Positions 18,877-26,840 are shown, numbered from the stretch's first letter. The stretch is 32,000 nucleotides of DNA from an uncultured Acidobacteriota bacterium (GCA_963725705.1 CAVRZJ010000011.1:63862-95861); one strand, 5' to 3'. Notes: generated by a model from the letters alone, not told the origin. Made by a program: numbers and translations.

Positions 18877-19116
18877 ATGTGCCTGGCGGTACCGATGCGA
18901 GCTGATCGAGCGGGACGAGGGTACTACGGCGTGGTGGAGCTCGACGGCGTGCGCCGCGAGGTCTCGCTGATGCTCCTGGACGACGCCGAGGTCGGCGAGT
19001 ACCTGCTGATCCACGCCGGCTACGCCATCGGCAAGATCGACGAGGCGGAGGCCGACGGAGACGATCGAGCTGCTGCGAGGAGCTCGGCGACGTCGCGTCG
19101 GAGGACGCGCACGTGA
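18877..19116 (+). pseudogene. hypC: Hydrogenase assembly chaperone HypC; at least 3 frame changes
   Basis: Starts MCLAVP (conserved Cys2) after a GACGGAG RBS. YGVVELDGVRREVSLMLLDDAEVGEYLLIHAGYAIGKIDEAEA. ELIERDEG and ETIELL / EELGDVA segments lie in other frames. The 3' end is uncertain. Confidence 0.8.
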
Positions 19117-20224
19117 CGACCTGCGGGGCGTTCGCCGACCCCGCCGACGGTGGCGGGCCTGGTCGCGCGCATCCGCGAGACGGCCGCGCAGCCTGCCGCG
19201 CCGGGTCACGCTCATGGAGGTGTGCGGCACCCACACCCACGCGATCGCCGCCGCCGGCCTGCGGCGACTGCTGCCGCCGACCGTCCGGCTGATCTGCGGG
19301 CCCGGGGTGCCCGGTGTGCGTCACGCCGGTCGGCTACGTCGACCGCGCCGAGGCGCTGTCGCGCCGCCCGGAGACCATCGTGTGCACGTTCGGCGACCTG
19401 CTGCGGGTGCCGTCGAGCCGCGGCTCGCTGGAGCGCGTGCGCGCCGAGGGCGGCGACGTGCGCATCGTCTACTCGCCGCGCGACGCGGTGGCGATCGCCC
19501 GCGACAACCCGGCGCGCACGGTGGTGTTCCTCGGCGGTCGGGTTCGAGACCACCGTGCCGACGATCGCGGCGGCCCTCGCCGAGGCCGAGGAGACCGGCG
19601 TCGGCAACTTCCTGGTGCTCTCCGGGCACAAGGTGATGCCGCCGCCGCTGCGGGCGCTCGCCGGCGACCCGGATGTCGAGGTCGACGGGTTCCTGTGCCC
19701 GGGGCACGTGGCGGTGGTCACCGGGTGGAAGGCAGTTCTCATTCCTGCCGGAGGAGTATCGTCTCGGCGCCGTGGTCGTCGGCTTCACGCCCACCGACGT
19801 GCTGCGCGGCGTCCTCGAGTTGGTCGAGCAGCAGGCGACAGGGACGCCGCGGGTCGTCAACCTTTACTCGCGGGTCGTCACGGCGGATGGCAACGTCGCG
19901 GCGCGCGCCGTCGTCGACCGCTTCTTCCAGCCCGAGGACACGGTGTGGCGCGGGCTCGGGTCGATCCCCGGATCCGGGCTCGGCCTGCGTCCGGAGTGTC
20001 GCCATCGCGACGCCGCGACGATCGGGGTCGAGGTGTGCGACCCCGAGGAGCCCGCCGGATGCCGCTGCGGCGAGGTGCTCAAGGGCTCGATCGACCCACC
20101 CGACTGCCCGCTGTTCGCCAGCTCCTGCACGCCGTCCTCGGCGATCGGCGCGTGCATGGTATCGAGCGAGGGCACCTGTGCTGCCTGGTACCGCCATGAG
20201 CGCTACGCCGCCGGGAGACTCTGA
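19113..20224 (+). pseudogene. hypD: Hydrogenase maturation Fe-S protein HypD; about 5 frame changes
   Basis: VTLMEVCGTHTHAIAAAGLRRLLP, GPG-CPVCVTP (an extra G in a G-run breaks this motif), VVFLG-GFETTVPT, FLCPGHVAVVTG, and the C-terminal PEEPAGCRCGEVLKG...CPLF motif. The true frame steps 3-1-2-3-1-2 along the gene. Confidence 0.88.
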
Positions 20225-20225
20225 C

Positions 20226-21296
20226 ATGCCCAAGCGCGATTCTTCCGGTCCCCGGTCCCCGGTCCCCGGTCCCCCGGGTGGGCGGGGGAGCCGCATCCTC
20301 CTCGCCCACGGCGGCGGCGGCCGCCTCACTCACGAGCTGATCTCCGGGCTCTTCGCACCGGCGCTCGACAACCCGTTCCTGGCGACGCTCACCGACGCCG
20401 CGGTGCTCCCCGAGCTGCCACCGGGTCGCCCCGCCCTGACCACCGATGGCTTCGTCGTCGACCCGCCGGTATTTCCGGGCGGCGACCTCGGCTACCTGTC
20501 CGTCTGCGGCACCGTCAACGACCTCGCCGTGGCCGGAGCCCGCCCGCTGTGGATCACCTGGGCGTTGATCCTCGAGGAGGGGCTGGAAACGGCGCTGCTT
20601 GAGACATTCGTCGCCGGCGCGGCGCGAGCGGCCCACGAGGCCGGCGTGGCGATCGTCGCCGGGGACACCAAGGTGGTGCCGCGCGGCAAGGGCGACCGCG
20701 CCTTCGCGGTGACCTCCGGTCTCGGGGTGGTGCCGCCGGGCCGCAACGTCGGCGACCACCGGGTCGTGCCCGGCGACGTGGTGCTCGTGTCGGGACCGAT
20801 CGGGGACCACGGCGCCACCGTCATGGGGTGCCGCCACCAACTCGGCGGTGACACGCTCGCCTCGGACTGCGCGCCGCTCAACTCGCTGATCGAAGCGGTG
20901 CTCGAGGTCGGCGTCGACGTCCACGCGATGCACGACCCGACGCGTGGCGGGGTGGCGACGGTGTGCAACGAGGTTGCCGCCCGCGCCGGCGCCCGCATCG
21001 TCCTCGACGAGACCGCCGTGCCGGTGCGACCGGCGGTGCGGGGCGTGTGCGACGTGCTCGGTCTCGACCCGCTCTACGTCGCCTGCGAGGGGCGTGTCCT
21101 GCTGTGGGTCGCCGACGGCGACGCCGATCGCTGTCTTGCGGCGCTGCGGGGCCACCCGCTGGGCACGGGAGCGGCCGCGATCGGCAGGGTGTGCGAGTCG
21201 GCCGCCGGTGCGGCGCCGGTTGCCGCACGTACCGCGTACGGCACGGAGCGGCCGCTCGACGTGCTCTCCGGCTCCGAGCTGCCGCGCATCTGCTGA
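20226..21296 (+). CDS. hypE: Hydrogenase maturation carbamoyl dehydratase HypE (intact) with a repeat-encoded N-terminal extension
   Basis: ILLAHGGGGRLTHELI, AIR-synthase-like fold motifs, and the C-terminal PRIC cysteine motif. Starts 2 nt after the hypD stop (alternative ATG at 20196). Residues about 7-17 are encoded by a heptamer tandem repeat. Confidence 0.92.
   Translation: MPKRDSSGPRSPVPGPPGGRGSRILLAHGGGGRLTHELISGLFAPALDNPFLATLTDAAVLPELPPGRPALTTDGFVVDPPVFPGGDLGYLSVCGTVNDLAVAGARPLWITWALILEEGLETALLETFVAGAARAAHEAGVAIVAGDTKVVPRGKGDRAFAVTSGLGVVPPGRNVGDHRVVPGDVVLVSGPIGDHGATVMGCRHQLGGDTLASDCAPLNSLIEAVLEVGVDVHAMHDPTRGGVATVCNEVAARAGARIVLDETAVPVRPAVRGVCDVLGLDPLYVACEGRVLLWVADGDADRCLAALRGHPLGTGAAAIGRVCESAAGAAPVAARTAYGTERPLDVLSGSELPRIC
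20245..20275. repeat. Tandem heptanucleotide repeat (CCGGTCC)x4 plus a partial unit; the complement is (GGGGACC)n
   Basis: Read directly: ccggtcc ccggtcc ccggtcc ccggtcc ccc. Lies inside the 5' coding region of hypE. Confidence 0.9.
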
Positions 21297-21319
21297 GTCA
21301 AACCGGAAGCGAGACAAGG

Positions 21320-21576
21320 CTCAACGCAGAGGCGCAGAGATACGAGGGTGAGTTGGGAGCCCTGCGCGTGACGAGGCAGCAACGACAAAGGCCTAACGCG
21401 AAGACGCAAAGGCGCAAAGACGCAAAGGCAGCATGCAGCGCATCTCTACGTCTCTGCGTTGAAGCCCTCCGCCAATTCCTGATGGCCGAGCAGCGGTGGA
21501 AGACGGCCCGGCCGCTCCGTTTCCTGCAACACCCCTTTGCGCCTTTGCGTTGAGGTACTCCGCCAAGCCCTGACAG
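21320..21576. repeat. Cluster of REP-like dispersed repeat units in both orientations (core CTCAACGCAGAGGCGCAGAG / CTTTGCGCCTTTGCGTTGAG)
   Basis: 21320-21341 ctcaacgcagaggcgcagagat versus 21442-21464 atctctacgtctctgcgttgaag (inverted). 21393-21428 contains three tandem RCGCAAAG octamers, versus 21533-21553 cctttgcgcctttgcgttgag (inverted). The two reverse copies share a tail GTTGARG..CTCCGCCAA..CCTGA..GCC. Confidence 0.75.
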
Positions 21577-21616
21577 CCCTCGCGCGAGGAGTCCGCGGCA
21601 CCAGGTCGGGCCGGGA

Positions 21617-21907
21617 TCAGGCGGGAGGCGTCGCCCGCGCCGTGGCGCGCTCGCGGAAGATCAGCACGAGGTTGCGAACGTAGACGATCAGGCCGGCAGC
21701 TTGGCCGAGCACGAAGACCGGGTCGTGGCGGAGGATCGCATAGACCAGCAGGAAGATCCCGCCGGCCAGCGAGAAGTACCAGAATGCCAGCGGGATCACG
21801 CTCTGCTTCTTGGCCTCGGACGCCACCCACTGGACGATGAAGCGGGCGGAGAACAACGCCTGCCCGGCGAAGCCGAACAGCATCAACGGTGTGGTCGGCA
21901 GATTCAT
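21617..21907 (-). CDS. Small membrane protein with lipid-A-biosynthesis N-terminal (LAB_N) type domain
   Basis: 96 aa: MLFGFAGQALFSARFIVQWVASEAKKQSVIPLAFWYFSLAGGIFLLVYAILRHDPVFVLGQ is characteristic of this family. Sits immediately downstream of a GT2 gene, a common pairing. Confidence 0.75.
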   Translation of the reverse strand: MNLPTTPLMLFGFAGQALFSARFIVQWVASEAKKQSVIPLAFWYFSLAGGIFLLVYAILRHDPVFVLGQAAGLIVYVRNLVLIFRERATARATPPA

Positions 21908-21921
21908 TGCATTCTCCGGAC

Positions 21922-22677
21922 TCAGCGGTTCGCGGTCCCCGGTCCCCGGTCCCCGGTCCCCGGTCTCACGTCGCGCAGCCTCCAGTCGAGGTTGCGGTCC
22001 TGCAGCCAGCGCACGCCGAGGGCGTCGCGCAGCCCGCGAAACGCGCGATCGAGCGTGCCGTACTTGGAGCTGCCCGCGGTGCGGGCGTGGTGGGGCACCG
22101 CCACCTGGGCGACCGTGTAGCCGTTGAGGCGCAGCAGAGTGGGCAGGAAGCGGTGCGACCCCTTCCACATCCGGACCGACTTGATAGCCTCGGCGCGAAA
22201 CGCCTTCAAGGGGCAGCCGGTGTCGACGATGTCCTCGCGGGTGAGGCGGTTGCGGACGCCGTTGGCGAACCACGAGGAGAACTTGCGCCAGAAGGTATCG
22301 TGCCGGTCCGCGCGGATGCCGACGACGGCGTCGGAGTGATCGAGGCCGGGGAGGAGCTTGGCGATATCGGCCGGATCGGACTGCAGGTCGGCGTCGATGG
22401 TGACGACGATGCGGCCGCGCGCGTACTTGAAGCCGGCGTCGAACGCCGCCGACTGGCCGCAGTTGCGCTCGAAGTGGAGGATGGTCAACCGCGGCTCCCC
22501 GGCGGCCAGCTCGTCGAGCAGCGCGGACGAGCCGTCGGTCGACCCATCGTCGACCAGCACCACCTCGAAAGAGCCACCGAGCGCAGCCATCGCCGGCACC
22601 GACCGGGCGACCAGCTCGCGCACGTTCTCTCGCTCGTCGTACACCGGTACTACCAGCGAGTAGTCGAGCTCGGCCAC
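21922..22677 (-). CDS. Family-2 glycosyltransferase (polyprenol-phosphate sugar transferase, DPM1/ArnC-like)
   Basis: SLVVPVYDERENV, VVLVDDGSTDGS, ERNCGQSAA and VTIDADLQ (DxD-type) motifs. GTG start. The last about 14 codons are encoded by the heptamer repeat. Confidence 0.88.
   Translation of the reverse strand: MAELDYSLVVPVYDERENVRELVARSVPAMAALGGSFEVVLVDDGSTDGSSALLDELAAGEPRLTILHFERNCGQSAAFDAGFKYARGRIVVTIDADLQSDPADIAKLLPGLDHSDAVVGIRADRHDTFWRKFSSWFANGVRNRLTREDIVDTGCPLKAFRAEAIKSVRMWKGSHRFLPTLLRLNGYTVAQVAVPHHARTAGSSKYGTLDRAFRGLRDALGVRWLQDRNLDWRLRDVRPGTGDRGPGTANR
21934..21967. repeat. Tandem heptanucleotide repeat (GGTCCCC)x4 plus a degenerate fifth unit; same unit and same + strand orientation as at 20245
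   Basis: Read directly: ggtcccc ggtcccc ggtcccc ggtcccc ggtctc. On the coding (minus) strand it reads GGGGACC x4. Confidence 0.9.
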
Positions 22678-22683
22678 GTCGCG

Positions 22684-22689
22684 ATTATA
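22684..22689 (-). promoter_or_regulatory. Perfect TATAAT box (minus strand) 6 nt upstream of the GT2 GTG start; candidate leaderless promoter
   Basis: The minus strand reads TATAAT cgcgac GTG GCC GAG. No Shine-Dalgarno is possible in the 6-nt gap. Confidence 0.35.
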
Positions 22690-22964
22690 GAGGCAGGCGA
22701 CAGGCGAGAGGCGACAGGCCGTAGAAGAGGCAAGTCAGGCGCCGGCGCGCCCGAGCGCAACGCCGTGGCTTTGGCAAACGCCGCGCCGATCCCTGAGCGG
22801 TGCGCGCGTGCCAGGTATGACGTTTTGCGCCTTCCGGTCGCAAACGGCGTGTGCGCCTGCACCTGCATGCCGACCCGCACCTGCAGCGAGCCGCAAAACG
22901 TCTTACCTGGCAACGTAACTCGCCAATCTATGGTGCCCTCCAAACGCCGCCGCCCCACTTCCCC

Positions 22965-22970
22965 TACAAT
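22965..22970 (+). promoter_or_regulatory. TACAAT -10-like box 6 nt upstream of the amidotransferase GTG start; candidate leaderless promoter
   Basis: The plus strand reads TACAAT cctccc GTG CGT ATT. Same 6-nt geometry as the divergent gene. Confidence 0.3.
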
Positions 22971-22976
22971 CCTCCC

Positions 22977-23690
22977 GTGCGTATTCTTCTCGCTCACTCC
23001 GACGATCGCCAGTTCGAGATCGCCCGCTTCGCTGCCGCCTGGCGGCGCGCCGGCGGCAGCGATGACGAGCTGCTTGGGATCGCCCCGGCGACCGCAGCGG
23101 CGACGCTCGGCGACGGGCTCGAGGCCGACGGCGTGCTGCTCACCGGCGGTCCGGACGTCGAGCCGTGGCGGTACGGTCGCGAGCCGCTGGCGGGCGCCGA
23201 GCTGCATCCGGACCGGGCGCGCGACACCCTCGACCTGGAGCTTCTCGCGCACGCCGATACGCGCGGTTGGCCCGTGCTTGCCGTCTGCTACGGCTGCCAG
23301 ATCCTCGCCGTGGCCCGCGGCGGCGAGCTGGTCCAGGACCTCGACATGGCGGGCAAGCCCGGCCACCGCGTCGTCGAGCCCAAGGACTTCCTCGCCCACA
23401 CCGTGACCCGCAGCCCGGCGAGCCGCCTGCTGCGCACGCTGCCCGCCGAGTTCGCGGTCAACACCCGGCACCACCAGGCGGTGCTGCGGCCGGGCGACCG
23501 GCTGCGCGTGGTCGCGGTGGCGCCCGACGGTGTCATCGAGGCGCTCGAGGGCGTCGAGGAAGACCACTTCGTGCTCGCCGTGCAGTGGCACCCCGAGCAC
23601 ATCTCCGGCGGGCCGCACGACGGGGTGTTCCGGCTGTTCCGGGAGGCGTGTGCCGGGTTCGTCCGGCGGCGCGCCGCCGGGGAAGGATAG
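22977..23690 (+). CDS. Class-I glutamine amidotransferase / gamma-glutamyl hydrolase (peptidase C26, PuuD-like)
   Basis: GVLLTGGPDVEP, nucleophile-elbow PVLAVCYGCQILA, and the VQWHPE His/Glu motif. Confidence 0.8.
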   Translation: MRILLAHSDDRQFEIARFAAAWRRAGGSDDELLGIAPATAAATLGDGLEADGVLLTGGPDVEPWRYGREPLAGAELHPDRARDTLDLELLAHADTRGWPVLAVCYGCQILAVARGGELVQDLDMAGKPGHRVVEPKDFLAHTVTRSPASRLLRTLPAEFAVNTRHHQAVLRPGDRLRVVAVAPDGVIEALEGVEEDHFVLAVQWHPEHISGGPHDGVFRLFREACAGFVRRRAAGEG

Positions 23691-23692
23691 CC

Positions 23693-25015
23693 GTGCCGCC
23701 CACCATCGCCATCGTCGGTCGCCCCAACGTCGGCAAGTCCACGCTGTTCAACCGGCTCGCCCGCGCCCGCAAGGCGCTCGCACATGACCTGCCGGGCGTC
23801 ACCCGCGACCGGGTTGCCGGTGAGGCGCGACGGCCCGACGGCGGCGTGGTGAACATCGTCGACACGGGCGGCTTCGAGCTCAACTCGGAGGAGCTCATAC
23901 CGAGCCTCATCCGCGGCCAGGTGTTTGTCGCCTTGCAGGCCGCCGACGTCGTGGTCCTGGTCGTCGACGCCGCGGTGGGGATCACCCCGGCCGACGAGGA
24001 GGTCGCCGCCGGCGTCCGGCGTGCTGGCAAGCCGGTGATCGTCGCCGCCAACAAGTCGGACCGCCGCGCCGGCGAGCTGGGCGCCAACGAGTTCGCCGGC
24101 CTCGGCTTCGCGGTCGTCAGCCTCTCCGCCGAGCACGGGCGCGGGATCGGCGATCTCTGGGACGCGATCGAGCCGCACCTGCCGCCGCCCGAGGAGCCGG
24201 ACGCCGCCCCGCCTGAGCTGGCGGTGGCGATCGTCGGCCGGCCCAATGTCGGCAAGTCGTCGCTGATCAACCGCCTGCTCGGCGAGGAGCGTGTGCTGGT
24301 CAGCGAGGTGCCGGGCACCACCCGCGACGCCATCGACACCCTGCTCACCTTCAAGGACAAGATCATCCGCCTGGTCGATACCGCGGGCATCCGCCGCCGC
24401 GGCCGCACCGAGACCGGACCCGAGGTGCTCTCCGTGGTGATGGCGCGCAAGGCGATCGAGCGCGCCGATGTCTGCATCCTCGCCCTCGACGCCGGCGAGG
24501 GGTTCACCGCGCAGGACTCGCACGTCGCCGGCCTGATCAACGAGGCGGGCCGCGGCGCCGTCGTGGCGATCAACAAGGCCGACCTGATCGCCTCCGGCGA
24601 GGCACGAACCCGCGCCGAGCTGTCCGAGCAGGTCCTCGATCGGCTCAAGTTCCTCAAGGACACCCCGGTGGTCTTCCTCTCGGCGATCACGGGGTTCGGG
24701 GTCAAGACGCTGCTTCCCAGCGTGCTGGCGGTCGGCGAGGCGTTCCGCATCCGCATTTCCACGGGCGAGCTCAACCGCGTGTTGCGCGCGGCCTGGGAGC
24801 GGCAGCCGCCGCCGGGCGGCCGGCGGCCGCACCGGCTGTACTACGCGACCCAAACCGGCTCGTCGCCGCCGCGCTTCACGCTGTTCACCAGCAGCTCGCA
24901 GGACCTGCACTTCTCGTACCAGCGCTACCTCGAGAACGCGCTGCGCGCCGCGTTCCCTTTGGCGGGGGCGCCGCTTCGGTTTATCATGCGGGTGAGGCAC
25001 GAACGGAGCGGGTGA
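23693..25015 (+). CDS. der: Ribosome-assembly GTPase Der (EngA), tandem G domains
   Basis: Two P-loops (GRPNVGKSTLFN, GRPNVGKSSLIN), DTGG/DTAG, NKSD/NKAD, and a C-terminal KH-like region (YATQTGSSPPRFTLF). GTG start after a GGAAGGA RBS. Confidence 0.93.
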   Translation: MPPTIAIVGRPNVGKSTLFNRLARARKALAHDLPGVTRDRVAGEARRPDGGVVNIVDTGGFELNSEELIPSLIRGQVFVALQAADVVVLVVDAAVGITPADEEVAAGVRRAGKPVIVAANKSDRRAGELGANEFAGLGFAVVSLSAEHGRGIGDLWDAIEPHLPPPEEPDAAPPELAVAIVGRPNVGKSSLINRLLGEERVLVSEVPGTTRDAIDTLLTFKDKIIRLVDTAGIRRRGRTETGPEVLSVVMARKAIERADVCILALDAGEGFTAQDSHVAGLINEAGRGAVVAINKADLIASGEARTRAELSEQVLDRLKFLKDTPVVFLSAITGFGVKTLLPSVLAVGEAFRIRISTGELNRVLRAAWERQPPPGGRRPHRLYYATQTGSSPPRFTLFTSSSQDLHFSYQRYLENALRAAFPLAGAPLRFIMRVRHERSG

Positions 25016-26367
25016 TGGTCCACTTCCGACCCCAGGCGCGCGAGATCATCGTGAAGATCGTCTACTACGGTCCGCCGCTGGGGGGCAAGACGACGAACCT
25101 GCGCACTCTCTACCAGGGCTACCCGGCGACGACGCGGGGCGAGTTGGTGGTGGTGCCGGCCGGCGGCGACCGCACGATCTTCTTCGACTTCCTGCCGATG
25201 GACGCCGGCCAGTTGCGCGGCATGCGGCTGCGGGTACAGCTCTACACCGTGCCCGGCCAGGTCCACTACAACGCGACGCGTCAGGTGGTGCTGCGCGGCG
25301 TCGACGGGGTGGTGTTCGTCGCCGACTCGCAGCGCGAGATGATGCGTTCGAACAAGGAAGCGTGGGAGAACCTCAAGGAGAACCTGCTGCTGCAGGGCCT
25401 CGCGCTCCACGACGTACCGCACGTGCTGCAGTACAACAAGCGCGACATCGGCGGCATCGCCGAGCTCGAAGAGATGGATCAGCTCCTCAACGAGTTCAGC
25501 TCGCCGTTCTTCGAGGCCGTGGCGTCGCAGGGGATTGGCGTCGAGGAGACGCTGCAAGGGGTGGTGAAGCTGGTCGCGCGGTCGTTGCGCGAGCGCTTCC
25601 GCGTCGGCGCCGAGATCGGCCTGCCGGGGCTCGGGGAGATCTCGCTGGCGCCGATGACGCGGCCGGTCGAGGCGCCGCCGCCGGCCGTGCCGGTCTTCTC
25701 TCCGGAGCCGCCCATCGCCCAGCCGGAGCCCGACGCCCGCGTCGTCTCGTTTGCGCCGCCGCCTCCGGCGCCACGCGTGGAGGACGCCGGCGAGGACGAG
25801 GTGTTCGCCTTTCCGCTGTCGCCGCGGCTGTCGATCGCGGACGGCGAGGTCACCAGGAAGGTCAAGATCACGCCGGTGCCGATGATGCAGGCCCCACCGC
25901 TGCCCGAGCTCGACGATCCCTTCGCCGAGCCGGCGGCCCTCACGGCGGCGACCCGACAGCCGCTCGGGGACGACGTCTTCAAGCTGGCCATCCCCGAGCC
26001 CGAGCCGGAGCCCGAGCCGGTGCTCGAAGAGCTGCCGCTACCCGCGGGCGAATCCGAGCTGCTGCCCGAGCTGACGTTCGCGGCCCCGCTCGGGGCTGAG
26101 GCCGAGACGCCGGCGGCTGAGCCCACAGCGCCGGAGATCGAGTTCGAGGCGAGCCGGGCCGTCGACGTGCCGCCGTTCTCCGTCGAGCTGCCCCAGGAGA
26201 GCGTGGCCGCCATCCAGCGGGTGGTGCCGCGGGCCCTGGCGCAGTACGGCGAGGTGCGCGAGCTCGAGATCGAGGTGCCGGTGCCGGCCGTCTGGGTCGG
26301 CGGCAAGCGGATGACGCTGCAGCTCCGCCTCACCCTCGTCCCGCAGGAGGATGACCATGGCGGTTGA
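25012..26367 (+). CDS. MglA-family Ras-like small GTPase (about 195 aa) fused to an about 255-aa Pro/Glu-rich C-terminal extension
   Basis: [57 protein letters not shown] and LQYNKRD align closely with Myxococcus MglA as I recall it. The start overlaps the der stop (GTGATG). The tail contains [11 protein letters not shown] and ends in a more ordered about 50-aa segment. Confidence 0.85.
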   Translation: MMVHFRPQAREIIVKIVYYGPPLGGKTTNLRTLYQGYPATTRGELVVVPAGGDRTIFFDFLPMDAGQLRGMRLRVQLYTVPGQVHYNATRQVVLRGVDGVVFVADSQREMMRSNKEAWENLKENLLLQGLALHDVPHVLQYNKRDIGGIAELEEMDQLLNEFSSPFFEAVASQGIGVEETLQGVVKLVARSLRERFRVGAEIGLPGLGEISLAPMTRPVEAPPPAVPVFSPEPPIAQPEPDARVVSFAPPPPAPRVEDAGEDEVFAFPLSPRLSIADGEVTRKVKITPVPMMQAPPLPELDDPFAEPAALTAATRQPLGDDVFKLAIPEPEPEPEPVLEELPLPAGESELLPELTFAAPLGAEAETPAAEPTAPEIEFEASRAVDVPPFSVELPQESVAAIQRVVPRALAQYGEVRELEIEVPVPAVWVGGKRMTLQLRLTLVPQEDDHGG

Positions 26368-26740
26368 GGTCAGGATCCCGGACAAGGACGAGTTCAAGAT
26401 CGGCGAGGTGTGCGAGATCGCCGGCGTCAAGCCGTTCGTGCTGCGCTACTGGGAGACCGAGTTCCCCGACCTGTCGCCCGCCAAGGGCGCCGGCGGACAG
26501 CGCACCTACACCAGAGGCGACGTCGAGCTGATCCTCCACATCAAGCAGCTCCTCTACGAGGAGCGGTTCACCGTCGCGGGCGCCAAGAAGCGTCTTGCCG
26601 AGGAGTGCGCCGCACGCCCGGCGCCACCGGAGCCGGTGCTCGTGCTTGACACCGAGGCCGGAGAGCAAGTAGAAAGCCTCCGCCGGCTCCTCGCGGAGAC
26701 GCGGCGCGAGCTGGAGGAGATCGTCACCCTTCTGAAGTAG
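26357..26740 (+). CDS. MerR-family transcriptional regulator
   Basis: [24 protein letters not shown]...[32 protein letters not shown] is an HTH_MerR pattern. AGGAGG at 26345-26350, 6 nt before the ATG at 26357 (alternative ATG at 26351). Confidence 0.85.
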   Translation: MAVEVRIPDKDEFKIGEVCEIAGVKPFVLRYWETEFPDLSPAKGAGGQRTYTRGDVELILHIKQLLYEERFTVAGAKKRLAEECAARPAPPEPVLVLDTEAGEQVESLRRLLAETRRELEEIVTLLK

Positions 26741-26746
26741 TCCGGT

Positions 26747-26823
<77 letters not shown>

Positions 26824-26840
26824 ATAAGAAGAGAAGACCT

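Noticed and set aside
25985-26025. gagcccgagccggagcccgagccgg periodic DNA, considered as a possible tandem repeat or mini-array.
   Set aside because: It is in-frame codon repetition encoding [11 protein letters not shown] within the low-complexity tail of the MglA-like protein, not an independent repeat element.
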